A stretch of 64,000 nucleotides of DNA from Octopus sinensis (Eukaryota), in NCBI RefSeq assembly GCF_006345805.1, contig NC_043020.1, positions 22,506,001 through 22,570,000 on the forward strand, given 5' to 3'. A program made the translations under genes and the position numbers. Position 1 is the stretch's first letter, and the number at the start of each line of letters is the position of its first letter. The notes beneath the pieces were generated by a model, which was not told where the DNA came from, did no database searches, and worked only from the letters and a program-made list of their open reading frames with translations. This document shows positions 36,721-49,655 of this stretch, piece by piece.

Positions 36721-38673
36721 AATCACTCATTTAATTAGAAATGCACACACTGTGAAGTGGGTGACAATTGAACAGAGATATCAGCATTCTAATGTGGCCA
36801 AGGACATGACAGCCTCTGTAGTGCTGGCTCTACACCAAAATACATCCAGTACACTTCAAAGAGACAGTGGTAAGTAAGGAAGCTAGCTATGAAAAGCCTT
36901 CCACAAAATGGAGCATAGAATTCAAATGTTTTTCCTCGTCTATGAAACATGGAATAAAGCTTAAATTCATTTTTTTTTTTTTTTCTTTTCTGGTATTAAA
37001 AATTCTTTATTTATTATAAAAATTGTATTAGTTACTGATTCATGCAGTGTTTTGTTACAGAATAATCATTTTGTCCATTTTCTATATGCTTTGCAATCTG
37101 ATTCATTCTGAGTTTTGCTCATTCACTAAAAATATGCTTATTTCAACATAAATGCAGCTAATACATTAGAAAAATGTACAATCAGGACTTCCAGCTATTT
37201 CTAAAATTCAAATTTCAACTGAAATTGAGAAAATTTCAAATATAAGGTAATAGATTTTTGCTGCAATTTATTCCAACATAATATAATTTATTACAATATG
37301 ATTCAAGAAACGTTCTGATTTTGAGAATAATGCAATTTAGGATAATTACAAGCCATAGCTGTTGACAGAGGTCTGAACTTAAAATGTGTGCTGCTTCATC
37401 TCCTTTGTGGTAGCTGGCAATATGACGTAATGTCGTATTGCCGAAGAAATATGATTGTCGTTTTCCCATTGATTAATATAACTGCTCATATAGGAATTCT
37501 AAGAATTAGTTAAAGAATATTTGTATGTGATTTCCATTCTTTAAAGTCAAGTTGAGCAGTTATAAAAACCCTGGATTTTGGGAAAAACTTCAGTGTTTGT
37601 TGGATGTAACTAAACTCTACGACACTCACTCCTTTGAGACATTGGTTATTTTTTATGCCATGTCCAAGAAATACATTTTATATATAACGTGAAGAAAGAG
37701 AAAACATTTTCTACATTAATTTTTATTATATACATATAGCATTTTGAAGAAAAGTAAATTTTGTCGTAAAGAATTACGACTATATATTTTAACTAATTAA
37801 CTTCTCATTCTATCTATATTAAATCTCAACAAAGGCATCATCCTCAAGAAATTTAAGTATTTGTTTTCATTTTATTAATATAGTTCTGCCTCAGATGAAT
37901 CAAGTCCCACCAGGGGGGTCATAGTCTGTTTATAGCCTTGTTAAGTATTCCAAAGTTAGAACAATACCAGGGATTAAAGTTTTGTCACCTGCTCAGCATC
38001 CTCAAGCACAGGTTGAGTGCTGCATTGGAAATGCCTCAGCTTTCTACACTTACTGTGCCTTAACACACACACACATGCATGCATATATAAGTTGGATGTG
38101 TTGTTCTGCACACTGTAGACTGTGGTAATCTTCCCGAGAGATCCCCTCATATTCACTTTATATACTGGGTGTTCAAAATGTTTCTCCGCAGCAAGTATGT
38201 TATTGCAAAATAAATATTTATAAGATGGTATAAGACCACAAAAGAATATATTAGACTTTACAAGACTTTAAAAAACTTTATAAGAGGTGATGAAAGTGTC
38301 GGACTTGATTATTAATACATAAGATGTCTCTTCTACACGTGTTTTGAAATACATCTTGGAGAGTCTGATGCGTTATGGACCGTGTGAAGGTTATGATTGT
38401 GTCTTTTAGCTCATTAATGGTTTTCAGGCGATTCTTGTACACCGATCCTTTACTTGCTCCTCAAGAAATAAAAGTTTGGCGGTGTTAAATCAGGTGATCT
38501 TGGTGGCCAAAGTCCCTTCGAAATAATCCGTTGACCGAAAAACTCTTGAAGTAGCACCATGGCGCTGTAGCTCGATCTTGCTGAAAGTATGCATTATTAA
38601 TTTCACTTTTAGTGGCCTACAAATGAATAACAATATTTGAGCAATATCTCTCGGTGTTGATGGTGTCCTCGGG

Positions 38674-39078
38674 GGATCTTTTCGGTTTGAACGGCAATTT
38701 TTAACATAATTTCTAGGTAACTAAAAAATTTGAAACTTCGTATACTGGTAGAATGTGTTTATAAAACATCTTTTTCTCTTGGCTTTATTGAGAAAATTCT
38801 ATAGTTCGTAAGATATCTGTTGTTGTTTTTTTTCAATTTCAACCAATCACTGACGTCTATTGAGGTAAAAAAAAACATTCCGTGCCGTATGAATATGTCC
38901 CTCGTTTAAGAAACAGATTGGGTTTATTTACATTTGTGAAGAAAAAAAAGATACCCTTCCCCCCACCCCTAACCCTAAAACAGATTGAAATGCAATAGAT
39001 CGATAGTAGGGTCATAATTATGGGTGACAATTTCATGACACCGCTAGAAAAAAACTGCCGTTCAAACCGAAAAGATCC
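38674..39078 (-). mobile_element. MITE M1 nested in mariner
   Basis: Both TIRs present; no TSD visible. Confidence 0.88.
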
Positions 39079-39193
39079 CATATCGGTCCCACAACACGCT
39101 TTCTCGAAATTGCTATCCATCTTGCAACTTTTTCGTGATGCAGAGGTTGCGCATACGTCGCGTGGGGATTTTCAGTGCTCCATAACCTTGTGT

Positions 39194-39350
39194 GGCGTAA
39201 CCTCGGTATATGTACCGGTGGAAGTACCGGAAACATTTCAAGAAAGTGTTTTTTTTTTATATATGGGGGGTTAGGGGTGGGAGAAAAAGGTTTCTGTTAT
39301 CTTCAGAAATGTAAACAAAGTCACGTGTGTATCTATACCGAGGCATCGCC
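39194..39350. mobile_element. MITE M2 nested in mariner
   Basis: GGCGTAACCTCGGTATA / TATACCGAGGCATCGCC; 8-bp TSD CCTTGTGT. Confidence 0.85.
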
Positions 39351-40195
39351 CCTTGTGTTCTGCGAATTTCTGTCCCGACAGATGAAACCAAGCCTCGTCG
39401 ATGTAAAATCACCCATTCAGCACTTCTATGCTTTTTTCGGCAACAAAATTTTGGAACCAATGTCCAATAATGAAAGTCATTCAGTTTGATCCGTCGTTTT
39501 CAAATCTTGAATGGGCAGCACTTTGTATGGAGAGAAATGTAATTTCTTTTTTACTGCCGTGTGAGCACTTCCTAGGCTAATCTCCGTTTCCTGTGACAAT
39601 TTGCGTAAGGACTTTGACGGGTTTGCCAACAGTTTATCAGAAATATTGGAGAGTGTTGCGTCTGAAAGAACGGTGGGCCGACCGCTTCTTGCTGTGTCTT
39701 CCACTGACCCAGTCTTTCTAAATTTTCTTATCAATTCCCGCACAGTGTCACGATGTGGGACAGCAGTATTTGGAAAAGCTTCGCTGAACTTCTGTTTCAC
39801 GCTATCTGTGTATTTGTTTCCAGCTCGAAACACCCATTCGACTAAAAACGTTCGTTCTTCGATGGTCAACATTTCGACATGCCAAAAGGACAGGAGCGAT
39901 GATAGCCAAGTTGCGCATGCGCACGATGGAAATTTTCACTGCGGAGAGACTTTCTGAACACCCTGTCTAATTTCACAGGCATACCTCCACATATGTGTCC
40001 CTCTCTTAAATTTTGTTTCCTCATAACTTTCAGAAAAATGGGTTTTATTTTTCTAATGGACTTTCTTTTTTGGGGATCTTTTCACTTTGACCGGCAGATT
40101 TTAAATAATAATTGTCAAAGTGAAAAGAAATTTTTTTTTTACAAACACTTCATAGATATTGTCAATTTTGATCATTATTTAATATGAAAATTTTG

Positions 40196-40593
40196 GGATC
40201 TTTTCGGTTTGAACGGTAGTTTTTTCTAGCGGTGTCATGAAATTGTCACCCATAATTATGACCCTAGTATCGATCTATTGCATTTCAATCTGTTTTAGGG
40301 TTAGGGGTGGGGGAAGGGTATCTTTTTCACTTCACAAATGTAAATAAACCCAATCTGTTTCTTAAACGAGGGACATATTCATACGACACAGAATGTTTTT
40401 TACCCCAATAGACGTCATTGATCGGTTGAAATTGAAGAAAAAAAAACAAAATCTTACAAACTGTAGAATTTTCTCAATAAAGCCAAGAGAAAAAGATGTT
40501 TTATAAACACATTCTACCAGTATACGAAGTTTAAAAGTGTTTAGTTACGTGGAAATTATTTTTAAAAAACTGCCGGTCAAACCGAAAATATCC
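40196..40593 (+). mobile_element. MITE M1
   Basis: Both TIRs; no TSD visible. Confidence 0.88.
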
Positions 40594-40679
40594 ATCAATC
40601 GTAAATAATGAACCAAAGTTATCGAAGATTTCCTGGTAGTTAAAAAAATTTCTACTGGAAACGCTCCAGTATCGAATTG

Positions 40680-40923
40680 GTTGCTGACATCTCCAAGGGG
40701 ACTTTACCATTGGGGTTAGGATATTTAGGATCGAAAGTTCGGCTGGAGACGTAAAGTCAGCTTCACTTGCAAATTGTCACAAGTTGGGATTTTATTGCAG
40801 AAGGAAGTTGGATGTTGACGGAAGGAGATGAAGTTAGAAGTTCTATTTCGTTCTATTAGATATTTACAGTGGTAGAAAACATACAACACACTGATTCACT
40901 GTTTACATCTAAAGACGGTAAGT
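40680..40923 (+). promoter_or_regulatory. Putative promoter / exon 1 of ZF5 with donor
   Basis: ctgacatctccaagggg..accatt..atcgaaagttcggctgg; aaagacg|GTaagt (40918); acceptor ttttcAG 42496-42497. Confidence 0.68.
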
Positions 40924-40996
40924 GGATAGACGTCTGTTTTAATGCTGTAATAATGTATAATGGAATCGTGTTTCACTTGCCTGATAGGGTGATTAT

Positions 40997-41505
40997 ATAA
41001 TAATAATAATAATGAAATTATTGTATACAGTGCTCAGGTGCACCACAGCTTGTCAAAAGTGCATATAAAGCATATGCAGTAATGTCTGGGAAGCGAACAG
41101 TGTATGAGTCAGATACATGCTTGCGTGTGTATGGAGGGGAGAAAATCAGGTGTAGTGTTGGTGAATCTCAGGAAGCATGGAAGTTTTGAAGGATGCAGTG
41201 GTCCGACAACTAACAACTGATGCCGGCAGTTTGCTCCATGCTTCAGCAACTCTTAGCGTGAAAAAATGTTTCCTTAAGTCATGGGAGCTGTGCTGTTTTC
41301 TGACTTTGTAAATATGTCCACGAGTGTTAGATGGGTGGAGTTTGGAAAGGTGCTCGGAGTTATTGTTTGTAAGATGGTTGATAATTTTATGGGTGTCTGC
41401 CAAGTCAGCTGCCAGACGTCGGAGTTTCAGTGAGTCCATGCCCAGGGAAGTAAGGCATTCAGAATATGGCAAATGCCTGATGGAGGGTATTCTTTTGGTT
41501 GCACG
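40997..41505 (-). mobile_element. CR1-clade LINE 3' end, abutting SINE B (41506-41688)
   Basis: LPYSECL..LKLRRLAADL..TRGH..FFTLRVAEAWSKLP; (ATT)n tail. Confidence 0.85.
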
Positions 41506-42862
41506 CGGCGAGCTGCTTAGCAGTATTTCGTCTGTCATTACGTTCTGAGTTCAAATTCCGCCGAGGTCGACTTTACCTTTCGTCCTCTCGGGGTCGATAA
41601 ATAAAGTACCAGTTTCGCACTGGATCGATGTAATCGACTTAATCCCTTTGTCTGTCCTTGTTTAGCCCCCTGTGTGCAATAAAGAAATATATATTGAAGG
41701 GAACACTTTGTACTTGTAATATTTTTAGTTTTTGGTATTTTCAGATCAATTTTGCGACTTTATGTCCCACAAACTTATATCTCATACGGTTAAACAGTTT
41801 GCGCAAATTTTTGTGCTCATTTGTTTTCTACACTTTTTTTTAACACATGGTAGACTGTTTTTTTTTTTTGTGTGTGTGTGACCGGGGCTTCCAGTTTCTT
41901 AAACGTTATGATGGAAAAAATCGGATCTCCCTACCCTCTGTTCGTTGGTGTAAATTTTTGTTTTCATATTTGATTATACACATTTTTCTACACCTATTTT
42001 ACACTTTTGTTTTGGTGACCGGTAGTTAAAGTAAACATTAACCAAAATAAATTGTCTTTTACATACGATTTTTTAAAATCACTCCCTGCAGTGATCTCAG
42101 ACTCTCTAATATTTTAATACTGTAATCAAAAACGAAGTGGGGTGGTAATGAAAAATGTTTCTACATTTTCTTTTAATAGCATCTAATTCCTCTTATGCCT
42201 AACTTCTTTCTCAAAACACTAGCATTCTGATGAACATGTACACTTGCATTACACATCCAGCAGAGCATGCTGACCTCGTTCCTCTCTAACCTTGACATGT
42301 CTTCTGCATTCAAGGCCCACATCTCACTATCATGTAAAATTGCTGTCCGTATACATAATTTAAATAACAGATGAAGAAGCAGTTTTTAAAGGAAATGAAC
42401 TAGTGTTATTCAATATGGAATTAATGTAGAATTTCACTGTCAGATCCCTACGTTTTATTAATCTTTAATATCTTATTCTGTTTTCCTATCTTTTCAGAAT
42501 AACGGATGAAATTGGCATCAAAGATATATTCCCAATATTTCTCACCATTTACAAAGAAAGGAAAGATTTTACACAGAAGAGCTCCAACTTTTCTTCTATG
42601 AATATATCTTTTGAGTTCCTGACAATAAGTTCTTCCAAGTGAAACATTTCTCCCCATTGTCTGGGAGGTGTGTGAGAGGATTTTGTATTCTAATTGAATT
42701 TGGACTGATTGACAAAGTAGTAGTTTGCTACCGCTTTCTGATAGCAGCAAATATAACAGTTGATGGAGGTATGGCAGCAGAATGGTTTTCATCAGTGCTG
42801 TAAAGAATAAATAGAAGGAAAAATGTCAATATAACTATTGTGTGGAAGAAAAAAATAAAAGA

Positions 42863-43921
42863 ATGGATTTTTCTGAAGAATTGCCAAAGAAGGAGGGAAA
42901 ATCATCATATCACTGTGATGTCTGTCAAAAGACATTCTCTCTTGAGAATAGCCTTTCCAACCATAAATGTATTCTCGGAAAAGAGAAACAATACAACTGT
43001 GATATCTGTGGTAAATCATTCTCTCGAAAGGATCACTTACGAACTCACAAACGCTTACATACAGGAGAAAGGCCATATACCTGTAATATCTGTGGTAATT
43101 CATTCTCTGCAGCAAGTCACTTAAACAGTCACAAACGTACTCACACAGGTGAAAAACCACATCACTGTGATATCTGTGGTAAATCATTCGCTCGAAGTGA
43201 CAGCCTGACTTGCCATATTCGTGTTCATACAGGAGAGAAGCCGTATCAGTGTAATACTTGTGGTGAGTCGTTCTCTGAAAGGGGCAATTTGGCTAAACAC
43301 AATTATATTCATACAGGAGAGAAATCGTATTGCTGTGATGTCTGTGGAAAATCCTTCTTTCAAAAAGTACACTTAAATTCTCACGTACGTATCCATACAG
43401 GAGAGAAACCATATCACTGTGATATCTGTGGTGCATCATTCACTGCAACTGATAAAGTAACTAAACACAAACGTACTCACACAGGAGAAAAGCCATATCC
43501 GTGTGATATCTGTGGTAAATCATTCAGTGTTGTTAGTAGATTAACTAAACACAAACGTATTCACACAGGAGAAAAGCCATACAACTGTGATATCTGTGGT
43601 GAATTATTCTCTTACACAAGTCAGCTTATAGTACACAGAAGACGCATTCATACAAGTGAGAAGCCATATCACTGTGATATCTGTGGTAAATCATTTATTG
43701 ATGGAAGTTCACTAACTGTCCACAGGCGTATACATACAGGCGAAAAACCATATCCATGTGATATCTGTGGAATATCGTTCTCTCAAAGACGTCAGTTAAT
43801 GGTGCATAAAGGACGTATTCACACAGGAGAGAAACCTTATTACTGCAATCACTGTGGTAGATCATTCACAAGTAGAAAGTCATTAGCGGCTCATAAACAG
43901 AGTCATAAGGATGAGAAATGA
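42863..43921 (+). CDS. ZF5: C2H2 protein, 11 canonical fingers plus degenerate F1, 352 aa
   Basis: ATG 42863 ([10 protein letters not shown]); F1 ends HKCIL. Confidence 0.92.
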   Translation: MDFSEELPKKEGKSSYHCDVCQKTFSLENSLSNHKCILGKEKQYNCDICGKSFSRKDHLRTHKRLHTGERPYTCNICGNSFSAASHLNSHKRTHTGEKPHHCDICGKSFARSDSLTCHIRVHTGEKPYQCNTCGESFSERGNLAKHNYIHTGEKSYCCDVCGKSFFQKVHLNSHVRIHTGEKPYHCDICGASFTATDKVTKHKRTHTGEKPYPCDICGKSFSVVSRLTKHKRIHTGEKPYNCDICGELFSYTSQLIVHRRRIHTSEKPYHCDICGKSFIDGSSLTVHRRIHTGEKPYPCDICGISFSQRRQLMVHKGRIHTGEKPYYCNHCGRSFTSRKSLAAHKQSHKDEK

Positions 43922-44215
<294 letters not shown>

Positions 44216-44478
44216 TGAATGTATATATATGTTTGTGTATGCATGAGTATATACATGTTCAATCAATTTTTAAATAAATTAAATAACTTAATTTATCATT
44301 AATATTTTCATTTAGTTTTGTTTTTTTTTTCTTCATCTGTGTACGGTATCTACTTTAATTGAATATATCAATTAATTGGTACATTCAACTTGACTTGGAT
44401 GTGTTGTTTTGAACACTGTAGACTATGATAGTAGGCCTAAGAAGTCATCTCAAACTGAAGTTAGTTGTTACTTTATAT

Positions 44479-44679
44479 CAGTGCTTTTCAAACTTTTTGC
44501 TGGAGCAGAACCCCAAGGAAACATTCCACTGGCTCGAGGAACCCCTGTGCAATAATTTAATAGTCTTATACACACATATCTGCACAGGAGAATTAAAAAT
44601 TACTGGCGATTTTAGCAGTTTTGTAACTTCTTGCGGAACCCCTGGACTGTACTGGCGGAACCCTGGTTGAAAACCACTG
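44479..44679 (-). mobile_element. hAT-type MITE (same family as 16115)
   Basis: CAGTG...CACTG TIRs; 8-bp TSD CTTTATAT. Confidence 0.87.
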
Positions 44680-44692
44680 CTTTATATATATA

Positions 44693-45104
44693 CTTGCAGC
44701 TAAGCCCGGTTTCACTTGGTTTGTTTGGCTGATGTGGCTATGATCGTTCCCGGTTAGGCATAATCTATAACAGCATTTCTCAACCTTATCATTTCGGATC
44801 CCCTGTTTCGATTGGAGCCTCCAACTGTATGAAAATTTCCTAACCCCCACCCCATCAGAAAACAGCTTCTAAGCAACTGGTTTTTTTTATGGCAGAAGAA
44901 AGAGGGGAAATTCCATTAGAAAAAGTTTTAATCGATTTTCTTGGTAAGTATGGGAGCTAGGAAAAAAAATACAAACTGCATTCCAATCTATGCACCCGTC
45001 TCCACATGTGTGCCATTTTTCACGTGAATCTACCCAGCCATTGACTGTGAACCTCAAGACAAGAAAGAATACAACGCTCACCCATGTCCAATTTATATTA
45101 TAGA
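44693..45104 (-). mobile_element. Probable non-autonomous Helitron
   Basis: Minus strand A|TCTATAATATAAAT...ccaagtgaaaccggg...CAAG|T (CTAG degenerate). Confidence 0.55.
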
Positions 45105-45385
45105 TTTTATGTATCTGTGTGTGCGTTTGTATCAAAAGATGGAATAACTAATGCTTTTAAATAGTGATTATGCAACATTTGTTGGTGAACATCTATTATC
45201 GGAAAATAACACCAACCGTAGGTTTAACAATAACATTAGAAAGTAGGGCCAAGGGAAAATGGTAATTATTTCATGAAATCGAAACTAATCTTGCCCACTG
45301 GTTTATTATCTGCATTTCAGCCTCCGGATAATACGCTTTATTCATATTGTAAAGACTAAAGAGGTTTTTCATTGGAAAATGTTTA

Positions 45386-46637
45386 GGATCTTTTCGGTTT
45401 GAACGGCAGCTTTTTCTTGCGGTGTCATATGAAATTGTCACCCATAATTATGACCCTAGTATCGATCTATTGCATTTCAATCTGGTTTAGGATTAGGGGT
45501 TGGGGGGAAGGGTATCTTTTTTTCTTCACAAATGTAAATAAACTCATCCTCAGTCAGAAGCACCTGGATGCCAAAGTTTGCTATGTTTGCGCTGGTATCG
45601 TCATGTACTACGGATGGATGAGGAGAGATGTGTGAAGAAGTGCCACTCCCAAACATTTGAAGGAATCCAGGGTAGAGGTAGACCCTGGAAGACATGGGAT
45701 GAGGTGGTCAAGCATGACCTTCGAATGTTGGGCCTCACAGAGGCAATGACGAAAGACTGAGACCTCCGGAGATATGATGTGACTGCGAAGAACCAAAAAA
45801 TAATGTGAGTTCATGGCTGTTTCCTGCACCAGCTTCACATAGCAGCCCCAGCCCATCCAAAGTACCTTGGATTGTAGGGCAGCCTGCTGCGCTTGAGGAG
45901 ACCTATTGAGTCAACTACATCAACATCAAAATGAAAATCAAATGGAAATTGTAGCTGTGATACCTGTGCCGGTGGCATGTAAAAAGCACCATCTGAACGT
46001 GAACGATGCCAGTGCCACCATGACTGGTTTCCGTGCCGGTGGCACATAAAAAGCACCAATCTCCCCTGGTACCTGTGCCAGTGGCACGTAAACAGCACCC
46101 ACTACACTCACAGAGTGGTTGGCATTAGGAAGGGCATCCAACTGTAGAAACACTGTCAGATCAGACTGGTGTCTGGTGCAGCCTCCTGGCTCCCTTAACC
46201 CCAGGCAAACCGTCCGCCCATGCTAGCATGGGAAACGGACGTTAAACGATGATGATGATAAAGGATGCAGAACATCTTAAAAGCAAACCAACACATTCAT
46301 TACTACAAGTGATGACGAGGGTAAGACTTCGGAGTTAGGGTTAGGGGTGGGGGGAAGGGTATCTTTTTTTTTTCTTCAGAAATGTAAATAAACCCAATCT
46401 GTTTCTTAAACGAGGGACATATTCATACGGCACAGAATGTTTTCACCTCAATAGACGTCATTGATTGGTTGAAATTGAAGAAAAAAACAACAAATATCTT
46501 ACAAACGATAGAATTTTCTCAATAAAGCCAAGAGAAAAAGATGTTTTATAAACACATTCTACCGGTATACGAAGTTTAAAAGCGTTTAGTTACGTGGAAC
46601 TTATTTTACAAAACTGCCGTTCAAACCGAAAAGATCC
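45386..46637 (+). mobile_element. MITE M1 split by an RTE insertion (45386-45543 and 46333-46637)
   Basis: Outer TIRs intact; ~55 bp of MITE duplicated across the insertion. Confidence 0.8.
45544..46259 (+). mobile_element. RTE LINE 3' end: RT C-terminus, long 3' UTR, (GAT)n tail
   Basis: LRWYRHVLRMDEERCVKK...GRGRPWKTWDEVVKHDL, followed by the UTR seen in all catcatcat-type repeats. Confidence 0.85.
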
Positions 46638-46912
46638 TAAACCTCTACAAGAAACATTGTGTGCAGACATCTGCAAGTGAACGCTAGCGTTGCAGTTGTA
46701 ATATTTGGATACGAAAGTGCGGCGATGGGCTTATCATTCAGCTTCAGTTGTTGGTGGTGAGATGCTGGGAATTTATTCTTGGAGATCCGACGAGCGACTG
46801 GAATGGTGTGGAATGCAGCAAATAAAACGTTGGTAAATCTCATTCTGACTGTCAGATATTTAGTTTATTGAAGACATACAACAGACATTGTCTACATCTG
46901 AAAACGGTAAGT
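46638..46912 (+). promoter_or_regulatory. Putative promoter / exon 1 of ZF6 with donor
   Basis: gatacgaaagtgcggc; tgaaaacg|GTaagt (46907); acceptor atttcAG 49225-49226. Confidence 0.65.
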
Positions 46913-46993
46913 TGATGAACATCTATTTTAATGCTGTAATAACGTATTTAAATAATGGAATCGTGTTTCACTTGGTTGATTAAGGTGATTATA

Positions 46994-47338
46994 TATTTCT
47001 TTACTACCCTCAAGGGGCCAAACACAGAGGGGACAAACAAATGAATTAAGACGATTACATCGACCCAGTGCGAAGCTGATACTTTATTTATCGACCCAGA
47101 GAGGATGAAAGGCAAAGTCGACTTCGGCGGAATTTGAACGCAGAACGTAACGACAGATGAAATACCTATTTCTTTATTACCCACGAGGAGCTAAACATAG
47201 AGGGGACAAACAAGGACAGGCAAACGGATTAAGTCGATTATATCGACCCCAGTGCGAAACTGGTACTTTATTTATCGACCCCGAAAGGATGAAAGGCAAA
47301 GTCGACCTCGGCGGAATTTGAACTCACAACGTAACGAC
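46994..47338 (-). mobile_element. SINE B dimer
   Basis: Two tandem reverse family B units. Confidence 0.85.
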
Positions 47339-47538
47339 ATGGTAATTATACTGAAGTGAACGACGACGGAGTTCCGATCAAAGAATGCCATTTAACCCGT
47401 TGGCCAGTTACAGATTCTTGATCGAAGCACATTTTGTAACTTGTCTTAACATTTTTAGTTTTTGGTGGTTTCAGGAAATTTTTGTGTTCTGCAAACTCTA
47501 TCTCCTGCGATGAAGCAAAAAAAAAAGAGAAAAAATTG

Positions 47539-47698
47539 GGCGTAACTTCGGTATAGGTACCGGATACATTTCAAGAAAATGTTTTTTTTTACATATATAG
47601 GGGCGTTAGGGTTTGTGTTAGGGGTGGGAGAAAAGGGTTTCTGCTATCTTCAGAAATGTAAACAAACCCACTTACGGTACCTATACCGAAGGATCGCC
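47539..47698. mobile_element. MITE M2
   Basis: GGCGTAACTTCGGTATAGGTACC / GGTACCTATACCGAAGGATCGCC; TSD aaaaattg / ataaattg. Confidence 0.85.
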
Positions 47699-47975
47699 AT
47701 AAATTGTAATTTAAATCCCCCCCTCTACCACCACCACCACAAATTTTAAATTTGAACTTTCAAAAAGAAATTTGGTAATTGTTCCGTTTACGAGCGTTGG
47801 AGCCAAACGTCACTTTAGTGTATTTATTATGTCCCTTTGATGTTTTCTTCCATTCATTAATTGAACGATTACCAAAAAAAAAATTTTTTTATCAAGATTT
47901 TACACGAAGCGAGTCTGTATGTGTGTGTATACGGGAAAACAATTCCTAACAGGAAAGTATGCTATTAAACAAAGT

Positions 47976-48219
47976 GGCATTCCTTCGATATAACTCGACA
48001 AAATCAAAACATTTCACTTCGAGTATTTCCGTGGGTTCTGGAGTATAGATATAACGAAACCATACCAGCAATGTCTCATATTTGTTCTTAACTGTTTCAT
48101 GTGTGTCTGTAAAATCCGCAAATTTCCAAGCAGGAAACAGAATCGAACTGTCATTTGCTTCCACGGAAATACCCGAAGTGAAATGTTTTGATTTTGTCGA
48201 GTTATATCGAAAGAATGCC
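47976..48219. mobile_element. MITE family M3
   Basis: ~60-bp TIRs GGCATTCCTTCGATATAACTCG... (2 mismatches); TSD aacaaagt, right copy apparently split by the CR1 insertion. Confidence 0.8.
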
Positions 48220-48225
48220 AACAAA

Positions 48226-48792
48226 TAATAATAATAATGAAATTATTGTATACAGTGCTCAGGTGCACCACAACTTGTCAGAAAATGTGTATAAAGTGTA
48301 TGCAGTAATGTACAAATGCCTGGAAAGCGAACAAGGTATGAGTCAGATACATGCTTGTGTGTGTATGGAGGGGAGAAAATCAGGTGTAGTGTTGGTGAAT
48401 CTCAGAAAGCATGGAAGTTTTGAAGGATGCAGTGCTCCGACAACTAACAACTGATGCCGGCAGTTTGTTCCATGCTTCAGCAACTCTCAGCGTGAAAAAA
48501 TGTTTCCTTAAGTCATGGGAGCTGTGCTGTTTCCTGACTTTGTAAACATGTCCACGGGTGTTAGACGGTTGGAGTTTGAAAAGGTGCTCAGGGTTATTGT
48601 TTGTAAGATGGTTAATAATTTTATGGGTGTCTGCCAAGTCAGCTGCCAGACGTCGGAGTTTCAATGTGTCCATGCTCAGGGAAGTAAAGCGTTCAGAATA
48701 TGGCAAATGCCTGATGGAGGGTATTCTTTTGGTTGCACGTCGCTGAACGACACCCAGACGATTAATATCCTGGGCAAGATAGGGGTTCCAAA
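48226..48792 (-). mobile_element. CR1-clade LINE 3' end
   Basis: WNPYLAQDINRLGVVQRRATKRIP...FFTLRVAEAWNKLP; (ATT)n tail. Confidence 0.87.
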
Positions 48793-49426
48793 GTTATCTT
48801 TTACGTACATTTTTAAAAATCTCTGGATAAACCCCAGTATTTTGCGGGACCACTGTTTGCTAGTGTTTATTTATGATGATTAATCATTAGAAAAGGCTTT
48901 TATTTTTTAGTGTGACCTTGAAACAAACGTTTTTCTGAATTTTAAATTTTTGGCAAAATATTGCCTTAATAATCATTGTCATTTATTGTCATATATGTAG
49001 TGTTACACAATCTGAAAGTGTATATGTAGTCTGTAAATGTATGAACTTTGTACCACTTTCATTGCATAATGTTATGTAAATAACAATTTATGAATATAAG
49101 TTTAGATTTTGCAGTAAAAGATTATATCTATAGTTTATCAATATAGAATTAATGTAAAATTTCACTGTTGAATCTCCATTTTTTTAAATATCTTTGTAAT
49201 CTTAAACTATTTCTCAATCATTTCAGAACATCAGATGACATTGTCATTTATTGCCACTTACAGAGAAAAGGAAGGTGATATACAGAAGAGCCACAACTCT
49301 GTGAGTGTCTCATTGAATTAATGACAGTTACTGAGAGTTGATTCTTCCAAGTGAAACGTTTCTCCTGATTGTCTGGAAGGTCTATGAGAAGATTTTGTGT
49401 TCTAATTGGATTTGGACTGATTTACT

Positions 49427-49550
49427 AAGAAGTTTGCTACCTCATTCTTATAACAATAAAGAAGCTTGCTACCTCATTCTGATAACAATAAAGAAGCTTG
49501 CTACCTCATTCTGATAACAATAAAGAAGCTTGCTACCTCATTCTGATAGT
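49427..49550 (+). repeat. 32-bp tandem repeat, 4 units, in ZF6 5' leader
   Basis: aagaagcttgctacctcattct(t/g)ataacaata starting at 49427, 49459, 49491, 49523. Confidence 0.92.
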
Positions 49551-49655
49551 CACAAAGATAACAGTTGATGCAGGTATTGCATTAGAACAGTTTTCATCAG
49601 TGCAGTAAAGGGGAAAATATATAACTGTTGTGTGACTAAAAAAAAAATAAGAAGA

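Larger units (their letters stand above)
38165..39965 (-). mobile_element. Near full-length Tc1/mariner-superfamily element (dead), with two nested MITEs
   Basis: TIRs CTGGGTGTTCAAAATGTTTCTCCGCAG / CTGCGGAGAGACTTTCTGAACACCCTG; ORF MLTIEERTFLVEWVFR...RSGRP; IDEAWFHLSG; WSTENPH; FQQD. Confidence 0.88.

Noticed and set aside
37405-37840. Insertion in ZF4 3' flank starting with hairpin ggcaatatgac..gtcgtattgcc, as a Helitron
   Set aside because: Terminus reads CTAC and hairpin spacing is atypical; left unclassified.
39285-39320. CTGAAGA-taaca-GAAA on minus strand of MITE M2; similar motif near 32760
   Set aside because: No real stem II and no stem I/III pairing.
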